From Ramazzottius varieornatus (taxonomy: Eukaryota; Animalia; Tardigrada): a stretch of DNA of 64,000 nt. The number at the start of each line of letters is the position of its first letter. Position 1 is the stretch's first letter. A program made the position numbers and the translations under genes. Below, piece by piece: positions 36,395-49,335 of this stretch. The notes below the pieces were generated by a model, which made no database searches, was not told the origin of the DNA, and saw only the letters and a list, made by a program, of their open reading frames with translations. The stretch lies in assembly GCA_001949185.1 (NCBI GenBank), contig BDGG01000007.1:445401-509400 (forward strand), written 5' to 3'.

Positions 36395-39302
36395 GCCGCC
36401 CGCACTAGATGAGGATTTGGCTAACGGCACTGGCTGCTAACTGCAAAGAATTTGCCAAACCGGATAACATGGATTTGGCTAAGAAAGATGAAGCTTCATC
36501 AGAACCGTTCAGAAAAGTGTCTCGTACTGCACCTGAATCCAATGCGCTGCACATCACGAGTAAGCTTATGTTAGACAGTTCTTCGAAACTGTTTGTCGGT
36601 CCTACCATTCCGATATGCCAGCTTGAACGATTTAAGTCTTCTTGACATTGCGCATACCCCTCTTCGCGTCACAGTCGATTTCCCAAACTTCTGGCCATTT
36701 CCTTTGTTTAATTCGGTTGAAAGCTTTGGGACAGAGGTTTTTCTCTCTTACAAAACTAAGCGGCTCGGAAGAAAAAGGTTCAGAGATGTAACTTAAGGGG
36801 AATTCGTCTCGACAACAGCTATGCACAAATGAAATGAAACGTAATGGGGCGCAAATGGGAGGTGTTCTGAAGTTCAGGGTGGAGTCAGCTTCTCATTGGC
36901 CGAATACTATGCAGCACGTCATGCACTAGCAAAGGAAGTTCCGTAAGCCGAGCATCGCGCACTGGTGTCGACATGGCCCTCGAAGCATGCACCACATGCT
37001 TCGAGGCTTGCACCACAACACATGTACACTTTGGTTTTCTGCTAGTGGCACGATATAATAATTCCATTCAGATATAAGGCAAATTTTTGGGAGGAGAAGA
37101 AAAGTTGAAAAGTTGATTGCACCTCCCTTATGTTTAACTTGTCCTAGAAATTTGCCCCATACTTGAATGGAATTAACATATTAGCTGAACCAAATCTCTC
37201 CATTCCTTTGGATAGGATATGTGGATTCTACATGTCCAACGGCACTGAAAACGCAAGACCACCCAAAAACTTAGATAGTCATTCCTGTAAAATTAAAAAA
37301 TCTGGCTTATACAGAATCGACCGCGACTCGGTCCAGTTGTTCTTTGGAAAAACTGAGTGCTCCGGTCAACCAGTTCGCTGTGTTGCCACGAGTGACGTCA
37401 TTTATCTTTTCAAAAACCTCGCTCACTCATCAGTCATCCACCTGGCCTCCGCAATTAGCCTAATTTTTCTGCAGGGCCATAGGTTGACGCTTTGACATCC
37501 AAAGCTTGATCTGTAGTGTAGGTGTTGGAACTTCACGAGACATAGGCAGTTAGATTAGACTAGGTGTTAACCCTGACCGCTAGCTTGGCGCCATCGTGTC
37601 GGACTGGGATTTCTCGTCTTGTGACGCGTGAAACTTTCAGGTACCGTCCGTAAAGTAGCTTTCACATGGGCTCTATCCCGCACTGCCGTTAGGCTTTCAA
37701 GAGACGTTCCCTATGACCGGATAGTCCATCAGAAATGCCGATGCCTTTACGTGGTAGTTAGGACCTTCAAACAGCCACGGATATCACTAGATATGCTCTA
37801 AGTCATTCCCCTTGATTGGAGAAAACACAACAATCGTGGATATCAGCATAAGACAGCATATCAAACCGATACAGGGCGACAGAGATTCTCGCTGCTAGCC
37901 AGTCTAGCCATCTGGAACGTACTTCAGCTGGAGACGAGCATTAATTTGCAGTTTCACACAGCGGTTTAAGACCGCGCTGCGTACTGATCCATGGATCGCG
38001 CAGGTTCTCCTGATAATGCTATTTCCAAGGAGGCGCAGGTGTCGCGAATGATGGTTACGAAGTAAAGCCTAGCTTGCACTGGACCCTCATAAAACTCCTG
38101 CTTTCGCAGCAAAAATGACGCAATCATCTGGCCCACTGTCGGCGACCGGCTGATGGCGCAGCTGGAATTCAGCCTTGCGACGTAGCTGGTGATTTCAGAA
38201 TCCGCCCAGTGACTTATATATCAATAAACAAGCACAGTTGCTACTGTATTCACGTTTCATCCAATTTTTCATCGCTTTTTACAGCAATCCTGTTATGGCA
38301 AACACCGTACTAAAAAAATACGCGAACTCATCGGAACGGTCATTAAAAATTCCTGTTTAATGGACGGTATGTGATACTACTACGCCGCTTCCGGCCGTGC
38401 CTTCTAAATCAGGAAAACATGGCGGCACGAAAGAAGGATCGAATGTCAGAAGAAGCAAGTTATTGACCTTAGGTTAGATGCTACGGACTAAATGAGAATG
38501 TCAGGATACCGAATAAATGCATCCCACTGTAGCAACTATCAGAGGTACTCCGCGATAGAGGGTAGCACATAAGTCTGTCGCGAATGCCCGAAAGGTCTGC
38601 GGATGACTGGTGTTGTCAGGATGACCGCTGGAGTAGTGGGTTCTCGCTGCCGTGGATGTTTAGTCATCCGCGGTAACATTTCGGAGGATGTGATCTTTAC
38701 CTCCTTTTCGTTAGCTTGGAAAGGGATGATCTGATTGATTCTCGCGCGACAGAGGAAACAGCACAACATAACGGAGTATCCCAAAGATCTGCGCAGTGCA
38801 CGTCGGTAGGCTTTGCAAATGGCAAAGAAGATCAGCTGAAATCTCAGAATATGATTAGAGAACTGGCTTTTCCACTTATGAGGCATCCTCGAAGATGTCT
38901 GTTCGGTGAAAGGTATCAGCGTATTATCAGGTATTTCAGTATGACTTGTCCGTTGGCGCAGTAAACGTGACGGTTTTCTTGAGGGAGTTCTCAAAAATTG
39001 TTTCTCACAATTTGAGCAAGTCGCAATCAAAATGGTTTCTCGCAGTGATTGAATGACGCAAGATCTGGCCATTTGGATACGAAATCATTTTTTTCGCCAG
39101 GTTACGTTCATCAAGGGAAAAAATAGAAAGAAAGGCACAGGTAAAAAGTTTTCGCAGCTTCTTCCAGCCTAGTGTGGTCTTCGAAGCATGATCGCACGAT
39201 ACTGACTTGTGTACCCAAAAAACAAGGTGAGCCTTTTACATGCGCTAGGATATTTTCTGAAATCCAAAAGTCTAACGGCGAAGACAATAAGAATTTTGAA
39301 AG

Positions 39303-40262
39303 TCACCCCCCAAAAACGGACAAGTCATACTGAAACACCTGATACGTGGTGAGACAGAGCACACTTACCGGATTCACCGCATACTGGAAAACAGTCAAGG
39401 CTCGCAACCAGTCAAACAGCAAAGAAGGCGGCGTTGACATACTAAGTCTGGCTAAAATAATGCTTTTCGGAAGAAGGCATACGAAGCACCACAAAGCAGA
39501 CACAAAGATGGCTCTGGCGATGACCAGCCGTTTTTGAAGTAACCTATCCAGACTAGCTGAGGGTTGCGTGGAAGAGCGATTCGTCCTGATTTTCAGGTAG
39601 GCAGTCAAAAACACCATCAGTGTAATCACCACGCTGACCAGATAGGGTACAGTATGCATGGCAAATATTGGAAGGGTCCCAAAGGGCAGGGGCTGAGATG
39701 ACGCGGGGGACAATATGCAGGTCCCGTGAGCTGTCGGCAAAAACATCACTTTAACACCTGCTGCACTTAGTGCAACCAGAACACCCGCGATAGACCATGT
39801 AGCGAGCATAAAAGTTAGGGACACTCTTGTATCCCGAAACTTTGGATACAAGTGCGGGAGACCAATGGCAACTGCTCGGTTAATGGCAAGAGAAACTTCC
39901 GACCAGCCTACAGCTGTCAACACCCCAAGGTGCATCTTATAGGTCCAGTCACAACGATAGCTACTTTCACGGATCGTGCTGTTTCGAAAGTGGTCGTATC
40001 CGGTTATGGTCCGGTAAGTATGGAGAGGTTGAAAAACTGCGGTAAATATGAAGGCAATTATGGCCATGTGACCAATCAACAGCTTTGCACCTGGTTTGCA
40101 AGTCCTGTCGGCGCAGACCGCGATGACCAGAGATAGGTTTGCTCCAGTGCTGATAAGGTGGAAAAATATACAAGGTATCAACCAGCCTATAACGTTTTTG
40201 CTTCCGGCCGAAAGCACAGTACCGTTAGTGTAAGAATCGGTTAGAGGAACAGACATTTCCAT
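39303..40262 (-). CDS. Orphan class A (rhodopsin-like) GPCR
   Basis: 319-aa ORF with 7 hydrophobic segments, GAN (TM1), LAINRAVAI (NR in place of DRY), CFVCLLP (TM6) and YAVNP (TM7). A probable splice donor follows NP (~39367), so the true C-terminus is uncertain. Confidence 0.8.
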   Translation of the reverse strand: MEMSVPLTDSYTNGTVLSAGSKNVIGWLIPCIFFHLISTGANLSLVIAVCADRTCKPGAKLLIGHMAIIAFIFTAVFQPLHTYRTITGYDHFRNSTIRESSYRCDWTYKMHLGVLTAVGWSEVSLAINRAVAIGLPHLYPKFRDTRVSLTFMLATWSIAGVLVALSAAGVKVMFLPTAHGTCILSPASSQPLPFGTLPIFAMHTVPYLVSVVITLMVFLTAYLKIRTNRSSTQPSASLDRLLQKRLVIARAIFVSALWCFVCLLPKSIILARLSMSTPPSLLFDWLRALTVFQYAVNPVSVLCLTTYQVFQYDLSVFGG

Positions 40263-41898
40263 GGCGCTTTCGAGAAAGTATTAAGATACGTGGCAAAATT
40301 CATCGTGGAAAAGGATAACACACAGGCTGAAACTGACAAAAAGCATCCGGGACGACAAGAGTAGACGACACCGCGGACAGCTAATATACGCTAAAAGGAA
40401 CGAGATGACAAGCAAAAGAGCAAAATATGCACCTGCGGAATGCGGCGTCCATATTAAAAACCAATCGTTCAATCTGACACGTACCTCAGGACTCCTGATT
40501 AATTTTCCGAAGTGGGTCCTACAATCCATAATTTACTGGAGGAAATGGCACTGGCAAGCTGTGAGCTGCTCTTCGGACTGGATTAACAACAGGGTGCGAC
40601 ACTCAGAGAGCACCGAATTTAATTGTAGACTTAGTGAGTCTTCAAGCTTAAGCTCGCTATTAGTTTTCATGCGGGCCAGCGCACGGCAGGGTACTTTTCC
40701 CATCAAAAAAACACAGTATTGAGCGGAATCCAGCATCAGAATTTCGCAGCCGAATATTCGTTCCCGGATCTGCGATATCTAACGTTAGTAAGAGGAGGTC
40801 GGCATGCAGTTACCCAGTGACGATTTCCAGCATGGAGGTATCCAGGCCTGATTTTCGCAATTACTGTTTCAAACTAGCTTTTCTTGGTCTCTGAATCAAG
40901 AATAATTTATTTGAATTCTTCTGAAACAGAATAAAAGTCATATGAAGTCAAAAAGACGACATATCTTTATTCGAAGGAAGGTGGGTCGGAGGTAATGTTT
41001 TTTACGCTGTTTATTGTACTATGAACGATCAATGATAATATCCCAAATAGGATGCGAACAGCTCAGGAAAGAGATTTTCTTTGCGCACAGCAAACACCCG
41101 CAACTTGAACCCAGCCCCCTTTTCTGGAAGCGTGTTACCGGTGTGCGGCCATCCGGCCGTTGACTGAATTCCGACTAAGGATACGCATTCCGTTTTCCGC
41201 TCCGTTCCTAATTCGGTCTGGAAAATAGAAATTCCGCTCCGTTCCGGCTAAGTCCGATTTGGAACGATGGAATCCGAATCGGAGTATAAGCCTCCGACCG
41301 GAATTCCGCTTGTCAGAATCCGATTTTCCACAGTGGGATTGCCACTTTTCGCTAAATTTGGTGTAGTATCACTCACTGATCATCATCTGAATCAACGGCA
41401 GATGCACCCGCTGTTGATCCAGGGCAGCATTTCGCGTTCACTTCTGATATTTTGAGTGAATTTCCCGATTTTCGGAATTTTGTTCCCGAGGATGATCTTG
41501 TGGACTACGACGAGGTTGTTACGGCTAGCGCACGAACTGGTTTTCTCACTTTGAAGGACCTATTCGAGTACAAGCCGCCGGTTTCTCGATGATTTCTGAG
41601 TTCAGTTGTTTTTCTGCCTTCGAATTATTAGTCGGTCAGCTCGCACAGTATCCGAAGCTTGTTTTCCCTTGGTTTTTCTAATTTTCAATTGCAGTTTTGG
41701 AAAACCGTCTTTTGTATTTAACAGTTCTGAAAACGAAAATAGGACAAAAGGAATATTAAGAATTCCGTTAGGAAAGTCCTTTCCAGGGAGCAGTGCAGGC
41801 GGAATGTGTATCCTTACTTCCAGCTAACTCGGCCTAAAAGAGGAACTGCGACTGAACAATTTTGTCACCCACAGCAGCTCTCGTGGCCTTATATGGTA

Positions 41899-42487
41899 CA
41901 CGCACGACGAGATATTACGGGCCAGTAAAAATTACGGGCCAGGCGGAAAAGACGGCAAATTTACAATTTGTATCGAAGTCAGAAACACAAATCGGAAAAA
42001 TGACGTAACGTAGTAAAATTCAACCGTAGAAAATTGTCATGGACAGTGGCCATCAGCTGATCAGCTGTTTCACTGTGCATAGCCATTCAACTTTCTCCCG
42101 GAGAAGCTCTGGACTCTTTGTCCCGATATCCTTTCCGTGAGCGTTTTTGAAAATGTCCCAGTCCTTCACGACCAAACGGTATCGACGATACACCGAAGAA
42201 GCCTTGAAGGATGCTCTATCTGCTGTCGGGAATGGAATGGGACTACGCGAAGCAGCTCCAGTCTTCAGACTTCCGCGCAGCACCGTCCTACGTCATGTCG
42301 AGGATACCACACAATAAATATTAATATGACACGTTTTAGCTCCTCGGCCCAATGTCCAGCACGTACGTACAGCAGTGCAGCCTTCGTTGCTGGTTTTTAC
42401 TTGTAGCAAGAATCACCTGCCCGTGCCGCCGTAACGAAAGGGCCTGGCCCGTAACTTTTACTGGCCCGTAATATCTCGTCGTGCGTG
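41899..42487 (+). mobile_element. Non-autonomous pogo/Tc1-mariner-superfamily element with HTH-psq transposase remnant
   Basis: ~46-bp TIRs cacgcacgacgagatattacgggccagtaaaa...; TA on both flanks; the interior (~42174-42297) translates to KRYRRYTEEALKDALSAVGNGMGLREAAPVFRLPRSTVLRH. Confidence 0.85.
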
Positions 42488-42769
42488 TACAGAGTTTGCG
42501 GTTGTTACAATGATTGTGACAGCTATTGACTTTGTGACGCCTATGGCGGGCTTCGTTTCGCTGATCATACCTCCCGTCCGGTGGATATCTCCGTGCTGAG
42601 CACCTCGTACACGGTGGCACAGGCCGCTCCGTTCAATGCGTGAGGTGTATTGTAAGTTCTGTGGCTTTCTTGGTAAGGCACTCTATTACTGTAGCATCAG
42701 CAATCGTCGATCCTGTAGTACGGTATAGAGATTTGGCGTACCGAAGACGCCACGGGCCTTACCGGTACC

Positions 42770-44543
42770 GTGCCGCCACAGCTTCAAGTGATTGAAGCTC
42801 ATTGTGCTCTGCCGTGTTCTGCGGGAAAATTTGTCGTACACTGTGGTTTAAGTACCGAAATCGAACCTGCACCAACGGTGCGTTATGTGGACTGGGTAAT
42901 GGAAGACGCGATCAAGCTTCAGTCCGAACCACCCGTGCCCGCGGTTTACCAGCTTAAGCTCACCGAAATCGGATGCGATAAGGTGAAGAAGATACGCGAG
43001 TATCGTGTGGGACCACACTCCCAGACGGAAGTCTTACAGGAGAAGGTTGTACTTGTCATGGGTAAGACGTGTGCTGGGAAAACAACTTTGATCAACGGCC
43101 TGGTTAACTACATGCTTGGGGTGAAGTTCGAAGATCCAGTTCGTTTCAAACTGGTCCTCGAAGAAGAGTCAGACTACGTTCATTTCGAGCTATCCAATAC
43201 CAAAACGCGCCGACTGCCCCTATCCTTGCTCGTTAACTATCATTGTTACTCCGGGGGTCGGGGACACTGCTGGTATTGAACGAGACGAAGAGATTCAGGG
43301 ACAACTAAAGACGTTCTTTGGCTGTGACCATGCCACCCTGGTGAGTGACGGTTAAATTACAGACACTATAGTAATTTTCATCCGTTTTCATGGTTATCTA
43401 ACGGAATAATCTAGAAATGTCCGTTCCCTGGGAAATTTTAAAATGGCATTGGCTTTCAGGGTATCGACCGAATTGACGCTGTTGGCCTGGCTATGCCAAG
43501 CTCCACTATATGGATGGACGCCACTCAAAAATATAGGTTGAGCACGGTTATGTCGGTTTTTGAAAAGGATATATCCGAAAACCTGTTTCTGCTGCTGACA
43601 TTTGCCGACTACAAAACGCCTGTGGCACTGATCAACGGCGTTCAAGAGGAGTTAGGGATAAAGTTTGCAGGTTTCTGTAAATTCAACAACTGTGTTCTGT
43701 ATGAACCGAATGACCACACGGCGGATGTTTTTACTCGACGCTACTGGAACATTGGGCCAAGAGCGTGGAGAATTTCTTCTCCATACTGGTTCAAACCAAG
43801 CCACAAAGCTTGGCCCTTACGTGAGAAGTACTCGAAGAAAGAGAGCGAGTGCAAATACGTCTGGATGGAATGCTTAAACGCAATGACCATACACTTGACA
43901 GAATGGCGGCCATCTAGTCGAACGAGCAAGCTCTCACTCAAGCTATGACCGGTGTGAAAGCAAATGCCAATCACACTGTGGAGTTTGAATCGAGGTATGT
44001 GAACGGCGGCCTCATCCAACCGGAAATGGAGTTCATCTAACGAACTGTCTGGTTTGCAACTTTACATGTCATGATCCGTGTGCAATCGAAAAAGACGACG
44101 ACAAAAAAGAGTGTTATGCAATGGACAAAACTACGAGTTCTGCACAGTTTGCCCTAAAAAGTGTGAGTGGACTCATCACTCAAACACGCCGTACGTCTAT
44201 GTCTATACCAAGAAGAAAGACAAGAAAGTTTTGGAAGACTTGCTGAAGGCCCATAACAATTTTAAGACAGAAAGCGAACAGCTGAAAGCCTTGCTTTCCA
44301 AGACCCGACAGGAATACGAGGCGTTGGGGAAGGAGCAAGCCAGAAACGTTGAGGAGTTGAAGCAGGCTTTCGATAAACTTGACCGCATCGCGGTACTGAG
44401 AAATAAGTCTTCGGTTATCGAGTACTAAGATCAAAGAGGAAAGAAACCAAACGTCAAGGATACTAGAAACGCATCCTTCATTTGGAAGAAAAAAGAGAAA
44501 AAGAGTTGATATCTCTAAGCATCAAGCGAGGCGAGAAGGTTTG
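42770..44543 (+). pseudogene. AIG1/septin-like P-loop GTPase with Cys-rich and coiled-coil C-terminus, frameshifted
   Basis: KVVLVMGKTCAGKTTLINGLVNYMLGVKFEDPVRFKLV; a frameshift into SLTIIVTPGVGDTAG (G3 DTPG changed to VTPG); IDAVGL...LLTFAD...FCKFNN; then CLVCNFTCHDPC and CTVCPKKCEWTHH; further frameshifts. Confidence 0.78.
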
Positions 44544-44663
44544 ACCATGTAAGCGAGTGGCCAGTCTGTCTTTACGGCAATCCTCTTGTGCGGTCACTCA
44601 CGGTTCCTATAAACTATCCAATGTTATCGCACAGCGTGTGGTAACTAACAAGGGATTGTCGCC

Positions 44664-45222
44664 AGTCGGTCCACATCGATCCTCAAACCGGTACGGCAGA
44701 AAGACAGAGGAAACTCTGGTCCATAGACTGAGATAGTCTATCTGATAGACTGAATCGCCAAAACTAATTTCTGGACGTTCTGGCAAAGTTCGGGAACAGA
44801 AGAGCGATTGCCGTTCGTGGGGCGTACAAGTTCTGTTCCAATGACGTAGTGTTCTATGACTGAGGCTTTGATTGAGAAGGAGGGATGATTTCGTGGTGGT
44901 CCGAACAGCTCACCATAGAGTGCTTGAAGCTGCGGTAGTGCAAATTGTGCGGCGTCAGGCGTTGGCCTCGCGCCGGTCAGCTGACCGCCTTGCGATCGAT
45001 CAAGAACCAAATCACTGTTCCAAATCGCAGTTCATTACGTCATGGAGGTTTGATTAAGTCTTCGGGAGAAATCTGTTCGACGGTTGCTCCCTTGCTCCCT
45101 TGCTCCCGAGTTTCGTCAAGACGTCCGTCAATTTAATTCACCGATTCAGTCTATCTCAGCCTATAGATCAGCGTCTTCTCTATCTCGAACCGTACCGTTT
45201 TCAGGAACAATATGGACCGACT
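44664..45222. mobile_element. MITE-like element with ~80-bp imperfect TIRs
   Basis: agtcggtccacatcgatcctcaaaccggtacgg...gactgagatag at the left pairs with ctatctcagcc...ccgtaccgttttcaggaacaatatggaccgact at the right. Confidence 0.65.
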
Positions 45223-46117
45223 AACGTAAATTCCTTCCAAACTCGTCCACGCAGTTCCAAATAGAATCTGCTAACTCTCGTTATCGGTGTACGAGATAGT
45301 TATTCAGTTTTGGTGTCCAGTTCAGTTAAACAGTTAACAAGCATAATTCCGGACTCGATGAAGTTCCCTTCCAAGATATTGAATTCACCTCCTTGTACAG
45401 TATGTTGATAATTTAGTATCAATATTTCGTGTACTTAATTGTGCGGAGCTTTGGACTTACTAAGAAGCCCTGGGAGATAGAAGAAAGTTACCTCTATCGA
45501 GCCATACAGGCTGCGAAACCGGGGTCGGAAATTCCGACATGACGACTGGTATTGTGCCTAGCGGTATCCCGTTCACTAGCCAGAAGGATCTTTGACAAAG
45601 AAAAGATCAGAAACTGCAGAACTTGTGAAAACATGCGGGGATGCAGAGGACTGATGGTCAGGTCTTACTGCGGAAATCATCGAAGAGTTTTAGGGTACCA
45701 CGGTGTTGCTCTGAAGTGAAAAAGAGAGAAGACCTGAAAGGGGAGTTACCTTGCTCGAATAAGAAGCTTATCACACTCTCTGAAACATCCTGGTTTGATG
45801 TTGTGCTTTCGCTCTGTGAGATTCCGTTTGACACTCTAGGAGCCATGGGGTCAGGACGGTACCATAGTGGTGGTTTTTCAAATTTTCGACCGTTCGTTTG
45901 ATTCTTTGCGTCTGAGATTTTTTACTTTGCCTCGACGAATCACTACTTTATCGTGTAAGAACCGTGACCAGCGGCCACTAGCGACAGGAAAATCTGAAGA
46001 ATAAAACTTTGGCATTGCCGTCTCTGGCGTTACTTCGTTAGGATGTTCTCCCAAACGAATAAATGCCCAATCCGTCTCAAATAATTCGGGACGGATTTGG
46101 TCGCTTGAGAAGTGGAT

Positions 46118-46666
46118 ACCATTTTTCGATTTCAAAATCGCTAATTTACGGTAAACAGCGCTCGCCGTAAGTACTTTTGATTTTTCGTCCGTTCGTTCAC
46201 GCATCAGAGGTAATCTGTTGTAGTCACTCTTTGTTCTCTGTTCAAAGTATCGAACCTTCTCTTTCTTATCGCACCGTAACTTTATCAGACAAGCAGTGCA
46301 GATTCAGGACGAAGTCGTCTGGTTGAAGATTCGTTCGACAGACGGAGATGCAATGGAGTATATGTTGCGGATAGCCAGCTAACAACGAAAGGCACTTCCG
46401 GTGGAGCCTTTGCAACCGACAAATCCCTGTATCGAGAAAACTGGACTCGCTTACCACGGAAATGGCTTTGTGGTAAGCGAGTCCTGCTGTGAAGGGATGG
46501 TCAGAGGCTGAAAGCTCGGCTATACTAAACTGCGTTCGAAAATCTGCTTCCTTTCACATGGTGGAAGGAAAGTTGTTGATTTTCTGTCATATTGATTGTT
46601 AGTGGACTCATGACGTCTTCTCTTTCTGCTTTTGGCATGTCCACCTCTCGAGCAACCGGACTGTAC
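46118..46666 (-). repeat. Dispersed repeat, copy 2 (inverted relative to 3872-4476)
   Basis: Reverse complement aligns colinearly with 3872-4476. Confidence 0.8.
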
Positions 46667-47666
46667 TGCATTCAGGTATCGAGCCAGACGAGCCAGAGCA
46701 CTGACTAGTGATCGAGAAGCGGGAGAAAGTTCGATTGTTCTGCCGATGAATGGAATCGCGAAGTGATGATAAATATTATCGAGAACGAGAGGAGAAGAGT
46801 GCTTACGGCGCTAGCGCAACGAAAATTAAAGTCGTGGTTTCACGGCAGGTAGGCAGTAATAATGGGTTCGATCTCCACAGACGCCGACGAGTGCACAGAA
46901 GCGTTTCGAGTTGCCAATTTGTCCTTCGGATGTCGAGCTGCAAGTATCAAACGACTATCACCGGCACAGTGAGTTAAAACCGGGAATTACGGGTAGCATC
47001 GGTACACTTATTCCGTCACCACCGTAAATGTCACCCGGGAATCGAAAACCATCAACCATGCATTCATCAGAAGGTGATTCTGCCACCGCCGGAAAAATGG
47101 AGAGTTTTCAACCTTAGCTGACAGGAATACAAACATCTAGCAAGGATATTACCCAGACTTGTTTGTTTCAAACAGACAAACTGGCCCCAACGCGAACCTC
47201 AGGTGCATGGTTCCTGCTGAGTGGGTTGTGTCAGCACACCTCACAAGATTTGATGCCGAGGGTTGAGCCTGATCCGTAGGATGTCGCTAGTTTAAATTAT
47301 GTTTGGTCCCTCAAATCCTGTGTATATGACAGAGAAGTGACCGAAAGTGTACTCAGGTGATTAGGGAAGCGGTTTACGTTCACAAAGCTCGCACGGCACA
47401 ACGCCAGAGCAGTCTGGCACCGTATTTCCATTGATATGGAACTCGTGATTTCTACATGTGAATATCGAAAAGAGCTGCTGTACATAATTATGTAAGTGAA
47501 CGAGAGATTAGGGGGAAAATGGAGAAGGAAATGTGGAAGGCGCTGACGAACTCGGTTACGATAGACACGGTAACACCGGAGGGTCGGAAGTACCGCAATA
47601 CGACTAAAGTCTGAGCAAATAAATCAAACTCAAGCATTTCCATTACGGCGTCACACATCTTCGAGC

Positions 47667-48788
47667 TCAAACACAGAAGAAAGCCGGGTCGAGACCGTGC
47701 TCGGTCAACTTCACCTTCGACCAGTCGGCAATATCTTCTTCCACTTGGGCGTTTCGATCAACGTGAACTTGAGCGTGACATTGGCTGAAGAATTCGCGAG
47801 GGTTTTTGCAGCATCTAAACACCTCCTGAAAATGGTCCACTTCCAACTGCTTTTCCAGAAAGGAAGCTATCTGCAGAACACCAGCACCATGGTCCTGTAA
47901 CAAAACCTCTTGCCAATCAAAAGAGCACAGCATGGCGAACAAGGAAGTAGATTATTTGTAAGAAAGAAAAACGTACCTTGATCAGATCACTTTCGAAGAG
48001 GATTTGGACATTGTCGTCGTCGCGATGCTTCCAGTACCCTTTGATGTTTTCGAAATACTCATCCAGGAATTTGGGGTCTGCACCATTCAGAACGGCTTCG
48101 ACAAACTCAGCGAAAGATTGCTTACTCAGGGTTTCATTCCCATTCTGGGCAGCTGCTTCTATAATGCTGACGTACGTGGAGAAGATTACGTCCTTTAGGC
48201 GACTGTACACGTAGATAGTCTATTAAAACGCAACAACCATAAACGTCTAGCTGTGCAAATAAACCACATTACGACTTCGTTATTTGTGTGCGAACGAATT
48301 ATCGGTGATGATTTTTCTCTTGCCTTCACATTGGCGTCGATGGCGGCTTTCGGTAGTTTCTCCCAGTTCAAATTTGTGGTGAACAAGCGTGGAGTGTCAT
48401 CAGCCGGTCCGCCTGGAACAGCTCGTTCAAAAGAGAAATCCTCGGTAAGACGAATCCATGGACTCAGCAGGACTTCCTGGTTCGGGTTGGCGTCGCAGCC
48501 GGAGTTTTCTTTTCCTTCCTTGTGTAAAATAAGGGTGATAACGGCCTGTGTCCAAGCGGTACCTACAGAATGATATTGCTTACGTCACAATATTCATAGT
48601 AAAATACGTGGTCCATTCCATACGAAGTCGTTCAACCGTCTGACGTCATGCATAACAAACAGCAGTGCTGACGGCATGATGGTCGATCAAGACAATCAAG
48701 ACTTACTGGCTTCCATAAACGAAGCCACGATGATGTCGTTGTCTGACCATTGCATATCCACGTTGTTCCCGTCTTTCGCAGTCTCCAT
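47667..48788 (-). CDS. Cytosolic sulfotransferase-fold protein with degenerate catalytic motifs
   Basis: Exons 48788-48707, 48562-48324, 48219-~47977 and ~47894-47667: DNDIIVASFMEASTAWTQAV, PRLFTTNL, KTIYVYSRLKDVIFSTY, YFENIKGYWKHRDDDNVQILFESDLIKDHGAGVLQIASFL. Start context accaccATGG. Confidence 0.75.
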
Positions 48789-49335
48789 GGTGGTTATAAT
48801 GAACAAAATTCTAGCTAGGGTTTATCTGGAAACCGATGAACTGTGCATGCAGGGACAAGAGGGTTGGAGGAAGGGAAATCCAACAATCGACACACTCTTT
48901 TGAAATGAGAAAATTCTCATTCGATACACTCCAAGTAGCAAAGGCGGTACTACTCTTGCCGCTTGACTGTGCAAGCTTGCCAGCACGACTAAATCCATCA
49001 GCTCATCGTTTTGTCAGTGTTTGCTTACTGCGGCAACAGTGTGATTTACGAGAAGTTCGTAACGCTATCGAAAGAATGATGAGTAATGAGTTCGAACAGC
49101 AGCATACACTTCGGCTCGGCCTACTGTATACGGTGTATTTTCGACCTAGCTCTTCTTTCCAGTGTTACAGTCTCAGGTTTCTTCCCTCCCTGGCATAAAG
49201 ATGTCATTTTTAAAATTGCAGTTATCGGATGGAGGAAATATTTGCGGTCAAGGTCGTAAATCCGCTGTCTGCTTCATGCTTGATCAGTGATGCCGGGTAG
49301 CGGTCATGTCAACGTATAACGCCACTTGTGTTATG

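Noticed and set aside
41165-41330. ttccg/cggaa-rich patch
   Set aside because: Probably a MITE relic, but termini and TSD could not be defined.
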